A stretch of DNA of 64,000 bases, taken from Candidatus Poribacteria bacterium. GTDB taxonomy: Bacteria > Poribacteria > WGA-4E > JAJDTR01. The DNA lies in assembly GCA_965222225.1 (NCBI GenBank), contig CBDCTK010000002.1, positions 224,001-288,000 of the forward strand, read 5' to 3'. Below the pieces are notes generated by a model. It saw only the letters and a list, made by a program, of their open reading frames with translations. It was not told the origin of the DNA and made no database searches. A program made the position numbers and the translations under genes. This document shows, piece by piece, positions 41,145 to 51,278 of the stretch (position 1 is the first letter of the stretch; every line of letters begins with the position of its first letter).

Positions 41145-42138
41145 GTTGTCCCGGATCTTCCTCGCTTCGTCGGTAATTAACATCTCCCGGTGTCTCAAGC
41201 ACCGTGACTGTTGGGCGCACGTCCTGTTTAGGGAGGTAGTCCCCCATTTTCATTGCTAGTTCGGCTACGAGCCCGATTGAGAGTAAATGTATGCCCAAGA
41301 ACATCCACAATAATCCGAAAGTTAAAAGAACGCTCCACGACGCCAAAGTGTCCGCAAAGAGCGCGGCGACCACGACGAAAATCGTCAACAATCCGAGGAC
41401 GAAGGCGGGCATGCCAAGTGAGCCAAACCATAATCCGGGACGTGACGCAAAGCCGGTGAGTGTCTTCACTGTGATAATATCAAGCGCGACTCGCCAAACA
41501 CGTCCGATTCCATATTTACTTTTTCCAAAACGACGCGGATGGTGGTTCACGGGAATCTCTGCAATGCGTGCCCCTGCCAGTGTTGACATAGCAGGAATGA
41601 AGCGATGCATCTCGCCATAAAGTGTGACATTCTTGATAACAGATGCCCTATACGCCTTGAGTGAGCACCCGTTATCATGTATCTGGACGCCCGTAACCTT
41701 ACCAATTAACCAATTCGCAGCGACTGACGGTACACGTCGAGACCAAAACTTGTCTTGACGGTTCTTTCTCCAACCACAGACGATATCGTAGCCTTCATCC
41801 ATCTTCTCCAAGAGATGTGGAATGTCCGCCGGATCATTCTGTAGGTCTCCGTCCATACTAATCACCACTTCTCCACGTGCAAATTCAAACCCTGCCGCCA
41901 TAGCCGCTGTCTGACCGTAGTTTTTTCTGAATCGGATTGCCTTCACGCGGGCATCTTGGCTGTGAATCTCTTCCAGCATGTCAAAGGTTCGATCGTGACT
42001 TCCGTCATCAACGAAGACAATCTCGTAAGATTGCCGCAGCGATTCGCACGCTTTTCGAATCCGTTGATAGAGTGGGCGAACGTTGTCTTGCTCGTTAAAC
42101 ACCGGAATGACAACGGAAATGGCAGGTGTTTCTTCCAC
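41134..42138 (-). CDS. GT2 polyprenyl-phosphate glycosyltransferase (ArnC/DPM-like)
   Basis: SVVIPVFNE, VDDGS, NYGQTAA, MDGDLQNDP, EMHRFIP. Confidence 0.9.
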   Translation of the reverse strand: MEETPAISVVIPVFNEQDNVRPLYQRIRKACESLRQSYEIVFVDDGSHDRTFDMLEEIHSQDARVKAIRFRKNYGQTAAMAAGFEFARGEVVISMDGDLQNDPADIPHLLEKMDEGYDIVCGWRKNRQDKFWSRRVPSVAANWLIGKVTGVQIHDNGCSLKAYRASVIKNVTLYGEMHRFIPAMSTLAGARIAEIPVNHHPRRFGKSKYGIGRVWRVALDIITVKTLTGFASRPGLWFGSLGMPAFVLGLLTIFVVVAALFADTLASWSVLLTFGLLWMFLGIHLLSIGLVAELAMKMGDYLPKQDVRPTVTVLETPGDVNYRRSEEDPGQHAV

Positions 42139-42406
42139 AATCCAGGTCTTATCCTTCTGGAGAAATGCAACGACAGCCTCGGTGGGTTCGGTCGTAACTC
42201 AACATTATTTTCCCGGTTCCTCGCACGTGTCCTATGGCTTCAAACAGTCATCGGACGGGAGATAAACAGATATAACCCATGTCAATTAACGTGTGCGCAA
42301 CTGACCAATACATTAGTCATCAGACGCAAGTAGCGGACCATAGAGTTTGTCTGAAATTCACTTGATTGTCGAGCGTAAAAAATCGGAAACACGAATCTCC
42401 GTTATT

Positions 42407-43300
42407 TTACGATCGCCCGGGAAAAGTAAGTTCAGCTACACCAGATTTGTCCAGCTCTCCCTTTCCAAGTGCAATCATGCGGTCATACTGAGACTTTGTT
42501 GCCTTGGCGAGCGGCAAGTTCAATCCCGCCGATTCAGCAAGATCGAGTGCAATCCCGGAGTCCTTTGCCGCGTGCGCGGAGGAAAAGTAGCACTCATGGT
42601 CCCGATTCTCCATGTCCTCGCCATCCGTTTCCAATACTCTGGAGTTTGCTCCCGTTTGCGCGAAAACCTCTTGGAGCACCGTGAGATCGAGTCCGAGTGC
42701 GGCGCCGAGTCCCAACCCCTCCGCAAGCCCGGCCGTATTTATATTCATGACCATATTCACTAGAGCCTTGACTTCCGCAGCTTGTCCGGCTTTGCCGATG
42801 TAACGGAGTGAGACACTCATTGAATCCAGGATAGGTCTCGCTTGATTAAAAGCCGCTTCATTACCACCGCACATAAGATATAGTGTTCCCTCGCGAGCTT
42901 GCGTGATGCTTGATGCCATGCAACCTTCAAGACTTTGAGCGCCGTGTTTTTCCGCGAGTTTTTCCACGTCAACATGGACCTGCGGCGAAATTGTAGCGCA
43001 ATTGATAAACAGTTTTCCTTCAGCTCCTTTGAGAAGGCTGTCTTCAGCGCTATCCGAGAAGATTTGCCTCATCGCCGCGTCGTCGGTAACTACCGTAATA
43101 ATGTAATCGGCGAGCTCAGTCACTCCTGCGAGCGTGTTTGCAGCCTCGGCGCCGAGTTCGTCTGCAAGTGCTTGCGCCTGGTCTGAAACGGTGTCATACA
43201 CGGCAACGATCTGAAATCCTTCATCGTTCAAATGCCGCGCAATATTGCTTCCCATTCTACCGACACCGACAACCCCTATTTTGTAGTCTGAGTTTGCCAT
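42407..43300 (-). CDS. NAD(P)-dependent oxidoreductase, 3-hydroxyisobutyrate dehydrogenase family
   Basis: GVVGVGRMG Rossmann motif, EVKALVNM, HAAKDSGIA; RBS aaggag. Confidence 0.9.
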   Translation of the reverse strand: MANSDYKIGVVGVGRMGSNIARHLNDEGFQIVAVYDTVSDQAQALADELGAEAANTLAGVTELADYIITVVTDDAAMRQIFSDSAEDSLLKGAEGKLFINCATISPQVHVDVEKLAEKHGAQSLEGCMASSITQAREGTLYLMCGGNEAAFNQARPILDSMSVSLRYIGKAGQAAEVKALVNMVMNINTAGLAEGLGLGAALGLDLTVLQEVFAQTGANSRVLETDGEDMENRDHECYFSSAHAAKDSGIALDLAESAGLNLPLAKATKSQYDRMIALGKGELDKSGVAELTFPGRS

Positions 43301-43636
43301 GTTCGTCTCCTTAAACCTTACAGCGTGGATGAGATTTGTTGCGTCGAAGCGGTCAACTTGGCTAGCCGGCAACCATAATTCAAAGAAGGTTTTTGCGAGG
43401 TTTCAACTTACCAAATACGCGGCAAGTTTATCACAATTCTGGAGCAAAGTACAGTGAAAAGGTGTGTGCAAATGCACATGCGTGTCCGTCATAACAGGAA
43501 TATTGGACGTTCCTTAATGTACATTGACCGATGTTTATGGGCCACCGACTGCCCTGGTGGTCTCCGCGAAAACCCTTGAAAACACCTGTGGGCAATGATA
43601 TAATAGCCTCAAAATCGTGCAGGCTTTGGGAGTAAA

Positions 43637-46600
43637 GTGATGACATATCAGGGTGTTTTCTGTCGCCGAATAATCGCAATCATCTTTATTACTGTTGTGC
43701 TGGTTTTTCCCGCAATCGCAGGTGAGCGCGAAGAATACACCTTTGCGTTTAAGTTATTCCAAGATGGGAAATATATTTTCGCGAAAGACCAATTTAAAGC
43801 CTACCTTGAGAACTATCCGGAAGGCGAAAATGCCGACGATGCACGCTTCCTATTAGGCGAGTGTGCGTTGCGCCTTGAGGACTATGATGATGCCATCCTG
43901 CACTATAAGAAACTGACCGCAAATCCGGCAAGCCCCTTACGCTTGGATGCCGTGCGTGGTGTGGCAACCGCCTGGTTTCATCAAGGCAGGTATGAGGAGG
44001 CCATCAAGGCGTATGAGGAAGTCATAAAAGGGTCGAAAGATGATAATGCGCTCTCGCGGAGTCTTTATCTCGTTGGAGAATCGTACGACAACCTAGGGCT
44101 ATATCAAAAAGCCGTGGAATATTACAATCGAGTCCTAAGGCAATTTCCGAAATCAGCCGAAGCCAAAGACGCATTGTATGGTGCGGCGTGGGGGCTTTTT
44201 CGACTCGAAGACTACAAAGCGGCATACAAGGCTTTTGCCGAGTTCGTCAAAACTTCATCGAATCATCCTGCAATTGTAGAGGCTTCATATCGTGCAGCCG
44301 AGTCGCTCTTCAAGTTTGGCGATTGGGAAAATGCTCAAGCCGCATACCAGAACTTAATCGACACCTACCGAGATAATGAGGAACACCGCGAATTTGTTAT
44401 TAACGCGCGATACCGCCTCGGCGAATGTTACTTTCAGCAGCGGATGATGGAAAAAGCAAAGAACACCTTCAACTTGCTGCTTCATGAAAGCGGCGCCTCG
44501 TCCGTGGCACCGGATGCACAATACTGGATCGCCGAGATTCTCTTGGAGCAGGGGAAGTACGTGGAGGCAATTCACGAGTATCAAAAGGTGAAGGAGCTAT
44601 ATCCGAGAAGTGATGTTGTTGTTGACGCGCAATTTGGAATTGCAACGGTTCATTTCCTTCAGGAGGACTATGCGCAAGCGCGCAGTCAATTCAAGGTTGT
44701 TGCCGATAATCCGCGTTCCGATCTTGCCGACCCTGCACGTTTCCGCATTGGCGAATGTTTTCGTTTGCAACGCGAGTTTAATTCTGCCATCTTAAACTAC
44801 AAAAAGGTTAGCCCGAAATCAGCCTATGCTGACGATGCGCTATACGGTTTCGCCACAAGCGCCTTTCAGTTGCGAGATTATGCCGAGACAGTTCGCACGC
44901 TGAATGCCCTGCTCCAATCCCATCCTTCTAGCCCCCTTAAAACTTATGCTCTTTATCAACTCGCCCTAGCCTATTTCCATCAAAAAGAATACGGAAAATG
45001 TGTCGAAGCCCTGAATCGACATGAGGAAGTTCGCGGCGGCGCGACATTGGAAACAGCGCCGGCGGATGAAGTCCTGATTTGGAAAGCACGCGCTCTCTAT
45101 GAGCTTGAGGATTATCAAGCAACGATCCGGACGTGTGAACGTTTAATTCGAGAATATCCAAAAAGTTCGGTTCGATTCCGAGCGGAGTTTTTTATTGCCG
45201 AAAGCACTTATTGGAGCGATCAAACGGTTGAAGCCTATCGCTCTGCCCGTTCCCAATACCAATCCTTGTTGAGCAAACAACCTGCCGCCGAGTGGGCGGA
45301 AAAATGCCGTTACGGAATCGGTTGGACCCATCTTTCCGAAGCAGCCGCGTCAAGCGGTCAGAACCGGGCCGTGCAATATCAAGAGGCGATTAACGCATGG
45401 GCAGAAGTTATCAAGCATCATCCTCGCGGCGAATTTGCGGACGCGGCGCTTTACCAGAGTGGAGTTGTTTATAGTAACCTCAAACAGTACAGCGAGGGGA
45501 TAGAAGCGTTTAATCAAATACTTTCGGGTTATCCGGGCAGCGATTGGCACGACAATGCCCGGTACCAAATTGGACGAGCCTACTACAAACAGGAGAAATA
45601 TCCAGAAGTAATTATCGCTTTCAACGATATGTTGCGTGAGCATCCCGGTTCGCCCCTTGTTCCCAAAGCAATCTTCGGCACCGCCAACGCGTATTTCAAG
45701 CAGAGTAAGTTTAACGACGCCATCAGATATTATCAGCAGGTTGTTGAGAAGTTTCCCAATCAAATGGTGCCCGTACACGAAGCGGGCGCAGAACCAATCG
45801 AAGACCTCCGCCCTGAAGCGCAATACTTTAGCGCCGAGAGCTATCTGAACCTCGCAGATTATTTACAGGCAATCCGCGCTTATGAACAAGTAATCCAACA
45901 TTACCCAAAGAATGATTGGGCTGACGATGCACAATACGGTATTGCCGTCGCATACGAAAATCTGGGACAGAAAGAGAAAGCAATTCAGGCGTACCAGACC
46001 TTGATGGTCAGGTATGCCGATGGAGAACTTGCTCACGCTGTACAGTTGCAGATTGCACGTTTCTACTATCAAGATAAGGACTACAAACGCGCCATCGCGG
46101 AGTTCCAAAAGGTCATCAATCAGTATCCCAAAACCGCATCGGCATGGCTCGCACAGTACAATATCGGGAAATGTTATCTTGCTTTAGATTCTTATCGGCA
46201 AGCGATTCAAGCCTTTGAGCGGGTTGATCCGCGAAGCGAGTACGCGTCGACCGCCGCTTTTGAGATTGGAAATGCTTGGTACGATCCGAATAATCAGCGT
46301 CGGAATCTAGGTAACGCCGTGGAAGCGCTTCGAAATGTATTGATAAACTATCCGGACAGTCCTGATGCCCCACGTGCTCTGCTGCTTGCGGGACAGTGTT
46401 ACGAGGAGTTGGTGCAGTGGGATGAGGCGATTGAAATGTATCGGTATATAATCGCCGAGTATCCGAATTCCAAGCAGGCTGAAGTTGCACAGCTCGTTTT
46501 GGGGCACGCCCATCGTTCCGCCGGCAACTACGTGAAAGCTATAGAGGCATACGATGTTATTCGTGAAGGTGGTGTCGGCAGGTATCCTCCCCATGTTGTC

Positions 46601-46924
46601 ATTGAGGGAATCCTGCACATGGCGGAAACACAATCACGCATGAGCAAGCATCGTGACGCCGCGACCTCATACCTTCGCGTATTCTACCTGTATAAGGAGC
46701 ACGATCCCCTCAGCGCTTTAACTGCTGCCGTTCGAGCGGGGGATGCTTTCGCCGACGCAACTCAGTTGAGAAACGCACGTGATGAATATCAGAGGGCTGT
46801 TAAATTTTGTGAATCGCAGAGTTCAGTAATCCAAGATTCCCCGAACAAAAAATCATGGGACAAGTTGTACAACTACGCTAGGGAAAAACTTGAACAGGTT
46901 ACAAGCAAAATTAATCAGAACTGA
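43637..46924 (+). CDS. Large periplasmic TPR-repeat protein (CpoB/BamD-like repeats)
   Basis: Signal peptide (PAIA) followed by many YP-x-S-x-x-A-D-D-A-x-Y/F helical repeats over 1095 aa. Confidence 0.9.
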   Translation: MMTYQGVFCRRIIAIIFITVVLVFPAIAGEREEYTFAFKLFQDGKYIFAKDQFKAYLENYPEGENADDARFLLGECALRLEDYDDAILHYKKLTANPASPLRLDAVRGVATAWFHQGRYEEAIKAYEEVIKGSKDDNALSRSLYLVGESYDNLGLYQKAVEYYNRVLRQFPKSAEAKDALYGAAWGLFRLEDYKAAYKAFAEFVKTSSNHPAIVEASYRAAESLFKFGDWENAQAAYQNLIDTYRDNEEHREFVINARYRLGECYFQQRMMEKAKNTFNLLLHESGASSVAPDAQYWIAEILLEQGKYVEAIHEYQKVKELYPRSDVVVDAQFGIATVHFLQEDYAQARSQFKVVADNPRSDLADPARFRIGECFRLQREFNSAILNYKKVSPKSAYADDALYGFATSAFQLRDYAETVRTLNALLQSHPSSPLKTYALYQLALAYFHQKEYGKCVEALNRHEEVRGGATLETAPADEVLIWKARALYELEDYQATIRTCERLIREYPKSSVRFRAEFFIAESTYWSDQTVEAYRSARSQYQSLLSKQPAAEWAEKCRYGIGWTHLSEAAASSGQNRAVQYQEAINAWAEVIKHHPRGEFADAALYQSGVVYSNLKQYSEGIEAFNQILSGYPGSDWHDNARYQIGRAYYKQEKYPEVIIAFNDMLREHPGSPLVPKAIFGTANAYFKQSKFNDAIRYYQQVVEKFPNQMVPVHEAGAEPIEDLRPEAQYFSAESYLNLADYLQAIRAYEQVIQHYPKNDWADDAQYGIAVAYENLGQKEKAIQAYQTLMVRYADGELAHAVQLQIARFYYQDKDYKRAIAEFQKVINQYPKTASAWLAQYNIGKCYLALDSYRQAIQAFERVDPRSEYASTAAFEIGNAWYDPNNQRRNLGNAVEALRNVLINYPDSPDAPRALLLAGQCYEELVQWDEAIEMYRYIIAEYPNSKQAEVAQLVLGHAHRSAGNYVKAIEAYDVIREGGVGRYPPHVVIEGILHMAETQSRMSKHRDAATSYLRVFYLYKEHDPLSALTAAVRAGDAFADATQLRNARDEYQRAVKFCESQSSVIQDSPNKKSWDKLYNYAREKLEQVTSKINQN

Positions 46925-47278
46925 ACTGATGTGGAACCTGAATAAGTGGCATAAACCAATCCTTGTAGAATCAATTTATCGGTTGCGACCATCTCCGCGT
47001 GGCAGGGCAGGAAGGTCTCTATCGCACGTGCTATGAGGTCACTATGGAAGTTCTATCGCGTTCCCTATCCGGTCGCTTGATGCCTCGTTGTGCACTCGGT
47101 TAATCTTGCTTAATCCTGCCTACCGTCGCGACCTCCTGATACCGCGTAGGTCCTAGGGATGTCAATTCGCAGGAACCGCGCCATGTGTCAGCCGTGGCGC
47201 TGACCAATACATCTCTTCCGAAAAACACGGTTTCTTTGAACAGTTTTCCAGCAACCGTTTCTCAATAGGCAATGTCCA

Positions 47279-49015
47279 TTGGCAAAATATCTATTGGCAA
47301 TCAATCTTCTCGTTATTTTCTGTGGGTTGAGCGGTTTCAATCTGTGTGCCCAACCACCGGTGACGGAAGAACAGTTGAAAGCCGAAGATTTGCCAGATGT
47401 CATTCGAGCGCGAATTATTGATACAACGCAGATATGGTTGCTGCCCCGCGAACGATTCAAGGATTCAGTCAAACCCCAACTCATCCCCGCATTGGCGTTA
47501 TATGCCAAAGAACGCCGGTGGAACCTGCCTCCTATCCTAACGCCAACCAAAGTCAGCAGGACGCAACCTTCACCGCGCGAAAACTACCTGCTGAGACTTA
47601 CCGCCTACCCAAGCCTGCCCGACGCGCTCTTCTATCAAGCAGTCTTTGCAGGAAACCTTGACAACACGCGTGCGTTTCTTCATCTGAACCGTAAACAATT
47701 AGGCGATGAGCGCACAAAAGGGCGGGGAGACTATAGCACTGATGGAATCCGGGGCGGGTTAACTTATCAGTACAGCGAGCGGAGTGAATTTGCAGTGGGT
47801 GCCGCGCTTGACCTCAAGAATCTCAACTGGCTGACGACAGAACCGGGGAATAGCCCTATTGGCAAAGAAGTACAACATCTCCGTTCCACTGTCCGTTGGG
47901 AGCAGGGAATTTCACAACGAGGACGCACCGCGATATCCGTTGATCTGGAGGAGTTCCGCCTACTGCCCGCGCGAGGGGAAACGCAACCCGAAAATCGGGC
48001 GACGGACATGCGATTCAAACTCGATCTGGAAATCCCCGTTGGCATACAGAACCCATTTCACCTCGGTAGAGGGGTTGACATAAATCCAATCCATCTCGGT
48101 GCGGTTGCGGAATACTTCACCGCAGCGAATGACCCTGATACGGATGAGTTGCTGAGCCGAGACAATTGGTCAACAATCTTCCGCTTGTATGTTCGTGATG
48201 AGTTTACCTCGGTAAAATGGTTTGTTCTGGGGATTGGAGCGGAGGGAGTTGGCTATCGAGAACGCGATAACCTTGGAGAGGAGGTAACGCACTTAAAGGT
48301 TAATCCACATGTGGCGATTACAACACATCTCGGCGATCGCTGGACTTTTCAATTGCAGGGGAGACGGAATATCCAGCGAGCCAAGCTGTCGGAATTCTAC
48401 TTCGACACCGATTACCTCAGTCTGAATCCGTTCCTACGCCCCGAAAAGACGTGGGACGGAAAGGTGACCCTCACCCGTCACCAAGGGAGGAGGTTTGAAG
48501 CCAATTTCTCCGGGTTTGCCAAGCAGGTTGAGGACCTCGTTGTTCTGGAAAAGTTATCGACAAACTCCGGAAGCACCCCGATAGAGCTTGCATGGGTGCC
48601 GCAGAATCGCGATACATCCGTCCAAATCTTCGGCGGAAGTGTTAGTATGACTGCCTACATCACGAATCGCTTGGAAGCGCAAATTCAGTACACACATGAA
48701 GTTCATAAGCCGAAAATTGGCGAATGGATTGCATATCGACCAAATGACTTCATCGACTTAAATGCTATCTTTCATTTTCCGGCTGATTTCCACATTGAGC
48801 TAGGCGGGGAGTTTCGAGGCGCGCGCTACCTGGATGAGACGACCGATAGAACTTTGGAGCGTTACTTTCTGCTGAAACCGAAGATAAGCAAGATTATCGA
48901 AAACCATGTGGGCTTGTTTGTTGGCGGGAATTTTGCTATCGGCACATACATGCTCCTGGACGGATACGAGCTTGCCCAGGATAACCTTGATTTCGGACTT
49001 GAGTTGAGATTTTAA
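47279..49015 (+). CDS. Outer-membrane beta-barrel protein (TonB-dependent receptor-like, short N-terminus)
   Basis: Signal peptide, amphipathic strands, NPFLRPE motif, C-terminal FGLELRF beta-signal. Confidence 0.75.
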   Translation: MAKYLLAINLLVIFCGLSGFNLCAQPPVTEEQLKAEDLPDVIRARIIDTTQIWLLPRERFKDSVKPQLIPALALYAKERRWNLPPILTPTKVSRTQPSPRENYLLRLTAYPSLPDALFYQAVFAGNLDNTRAFLHLNRKQLGDERTKGRGDYSTDGIRGGLTYQYSERSEFAVGAALDLKNLNWLTTEPGNSPIGKEVQHLRSTVRWEQGISQRGRTAISVDLEEFRLLPARGETQPENRATDMRFKLDLEIPVGIQNPFHLGRGVDINPIHLGAVAEYFTAANDPDTDELLSRDNWSTIFRLYVRDEFTSVKWFVLGIGAEGVGYRERDNLGEEVTHLKVNPHVAITTHLGDRWTFQLQGRRNIQRAKLSEFYFDTDYLSLNPFLRPEKTWDGKVTLTRHQGRRFEANFSGFAKQVEDLVVLEKLSTNSGSTPIELAWVPQNRDTSVQIFGGSVSMTAYITNRLEAQIQYTHEVHKPKIGEWIAYRPNDFIDLNAIFHFPADFHIELGGEFRGARYLDETTDRTLERYFLLKPKISKIIENHVGLFVGGNFAIGTYMLLDGYELAQDNLDFGLELRF

Positions 49016-49038
49016 TCACGATATTCTCAAATCCTTGA

Positions 49039-49749
49039 TTGGCAGAGTCACTTATGGAATACGTTGTAAGCCTGATTATCTCGGGATTGGTCCGATTGAC
49101 GAGCGGGGGACCTATTTTAATCCCGATAATCTTTTTCTCGCTCTGGTCGCACAAGATTATTCTTGAACGGGCGTACCGCCTTCACCGTCGGCGCGTCATC
49201 CCGCCACGTTTTGTGACACAAAGTATCTATCATGAACTTGTGCAGGGCAATCCGGACATTGCCATCAAGATGTGCGAAAAGAGTCCCGGACCGCTGAGTA
49301 ATGTCCTCCGAGCCGGTATCCAGCATCGTGATGCTGACGAGGAAACCCTTAAGCGAATTGTTCGTCAGGCGATACGTGCCGAGAAGCCGGTTTTGACCGA
49401 GGGGCTTAGCACTTTGGGAATGCTTGCTCCAGTTGCAATGTTCACCGGTTTACTCGGTACCGTGCTGGGTATGAAAGGCTCGTTTGGTGCATTGATAGAG
49501 GTGCAAACCAAGCAATTGCCCACTATTGCGGACGGTATTTCCGAAGCATTGCTCACGACCGCCGCCGGATTAATTGTCGCGCTACCCAGTTATGTCGCTT
49601 ACGATTACTTCAGAAATAAGGCAGATCGGCTTCTCGCGGATTTAGAGAGGCACGGGATGTCGCTCGTTCGTTTCCTCGCCACGGGGGAATACAAGCTCTT
49701 TCAAGAGGAATATGGGGACATTCGGGAGTTGAAAAGGGTTGAAGACTGA
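49039..49749 (+). CDS. MotA/TolQ/ExbB proton channel family protein
   Basis: GLLGTVLGM and GISEALLTTAAGLIVALP. Confidence 0.9.
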   Translation: MAESLMEYVVSLIISGLVRLTSGGPILIPIIFFSLWSHKIILERAYRLHRRRVIPPRFVTQSIYHELVQGNPDIAIKMCEKSPGPLSNVLRAGIQHRDADEETLKRIVRQAIRAEKPVLTEGLSTLGMLAPVAMFTGLLGTVLGMKGSFGALIEVQTKQLPTIADGISEALLTTAAGLIVALPSYVAYDYFRNKADRLLADLERHGMSLVRFLATGEYKLFQEEYGDIRELKRVED

Positions 49750-50627
49750 TGGAGAGAAAAAAGCGCGGAGGTCGATTCTTCATAGGGATTGTGGTCGTTG
49801 AGCACATCGTGTTTGCCCTTTTGATGGCATTGGCGATTGCTCCCAAGTCGCCGCCGCGACCCAAGGAGACCGCCATTAACGTTGATATCATCAAAACCGA
49901 AACGCCGCGAAAGAAAATCAATACGGAGATTCCTATCGCAGTCCCCAATGTTAGACAGAGTCGTCCTTCCGATACGCTGCCCCAAATCCAAGCCACGACC
50001 AATCTTCGCGACTATCTTGCGACGACACAAACGGAAGGTGGATTGCCGAATCTTCGAAGAACACAGGCATCCAGCGAGAATCCCGAACGCTTGTCACTCG
50101 GTGCCCCCCCGTCAAAAGGGCGCAGCAAAGGCGATTTTCTAGATGAGCCCAACGCTCTGGTTCGTAGTAAACCACTTGACATTGAGACAGGGTATCACGG
50201 TCGCGATAGCCATAGGGGATTGCCGGAGAGGGATGCGCGTCGGTCAATTACGGGCGAGAGCGGAAAAGCTCTCGCAGGCAGGTTCGCCCCGGGCAAATTG
50301 TCGGGAGTGAAAACCAATCTAATTACGGAAGGCGTGCCCTACGAAATCAGCGGAGAGGTGAGTGGTAGAGCGGTGATAAGCGGCTTGGAGAAGCCGCTTC
50401 AGTCAAAGGGCAAACAGGGCGGCGGTGTGCATCTCAGCTTCAAAGTCCGACCTGATGGAAGCGTGTTCAGCGTGCAACTCAAGCCGGGACGGACGACTAT
50501 CGGCGAGGTTAGACTAAAGGAGCGTGCGAGGCGCTACGTCGAACAGATTCGATTCAGTGTACTGCCCAAGAATGTGTCTCAGGTTGTACAGTCCGGAGAG
50601 ATATTCATTAACTTTACCGTGAATTAG
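49749..50627 (+). CDS. TonB-like energy transducer
   Basis: N-terminal TM with His (VVVEHIVF), Pro-rich linker, C-terminal GGVHLSFKVRPDGSV...IRFSVLP...QSGEIFINF. Confidence 0.7.
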   Translation: MERKKRGGRFFIGIVVVEHIVFALLMALAIAPKSPPRPKETAINVDIIKTETPRKKINTEIPIAVPNVRQSRPSDTLPQIQATTNLRDYLATTQTEGGLPNLRRTQASSENPERLSLGAPPSKGRSKGDFLDEPNALVRSKPLDIETGYHGRDSHRGLPERDARRSITGESGKALAGRFAPGKLSGVKTNLITEGVPYEISGEVSGRAVISGLEKPLQSKGKQGGGVHLSFKVRPDGSVFSVQLKPGRTTIGEVRLKERARRYVEQIRFSVLPKNVSQVVQSGEIFINFTVN

Positions 50628-50933
50628 AAGTTGGTCGGAGCCTTCTCGCGTAGCGATTAGTTGTCCGGAGAGGGGAGATTCTCACCAAGGATTCCATCTC
50701 GGTGTGATAATTGAAGAGAAATCTTTATCGCACTTGTTGTTTGACCGTTGAATCTCTCTTGATTCTCAATGGCAATCAACCATTTAACAGACTATTATTG
50801 ATTGCACCCGACAAGAAATGGTCATGCTACGAACGACGGGGTTTTAATCGCGCCGCTACGAACAGAAGAGCCCAGACATCTCCCTACCTTCCAATCTTCC
50901 ACCCTTCCATTCCACAGGGTGAAAGGTATCCCG

Positions 50934-51239
50934 TTATTCTATTTCTAGCTTCTGTTGGACACTAGCGACCTTGTCATCCATGGTCTGATTTCGGTCAATG
51001 CGCGTGCCAAACTTCAGCGTTGTCGAGATGCGAGGCGCTCCCATCTCGTGCACCACTTCATGGCATCGCTTGATTGCGGCAAAAACCGCGTCCCACTCCC
51101 CCTCAATATTGGTGCCGTAGGCATGCAGTTGTGTTTTCAGGCCCGCCTCTTTGAGGACCTTCTCGCACGCCGCGACATGTTTTGAAACGGATACCCCCAC
51201 GCCTATCGGCACCACGCACAGGTCGGCAATAATCTTCAT
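50934..51239 (-). CDS. MTH1187/YqgV family thiamine-binding protein
   Basis: ADLCVVPIG, LHAYGTNIEGEWD, GAPRI, GTRIDR. Confidence 0.9.
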   Translation of the reverse strand: MKIIADLCVVPIGVGVSVSKHVAACEKVLKEAGLKTQLHAYGTNIEGEWDAVFAAIKRCHEVVHEMGAPRISTTLKFGTRIDRNQTMDDKVASVQQKLEIE

Positions 51240-51278
51240 TCTTACACCCTCCGTCACACCGGCGAAACGATGCGCTTT

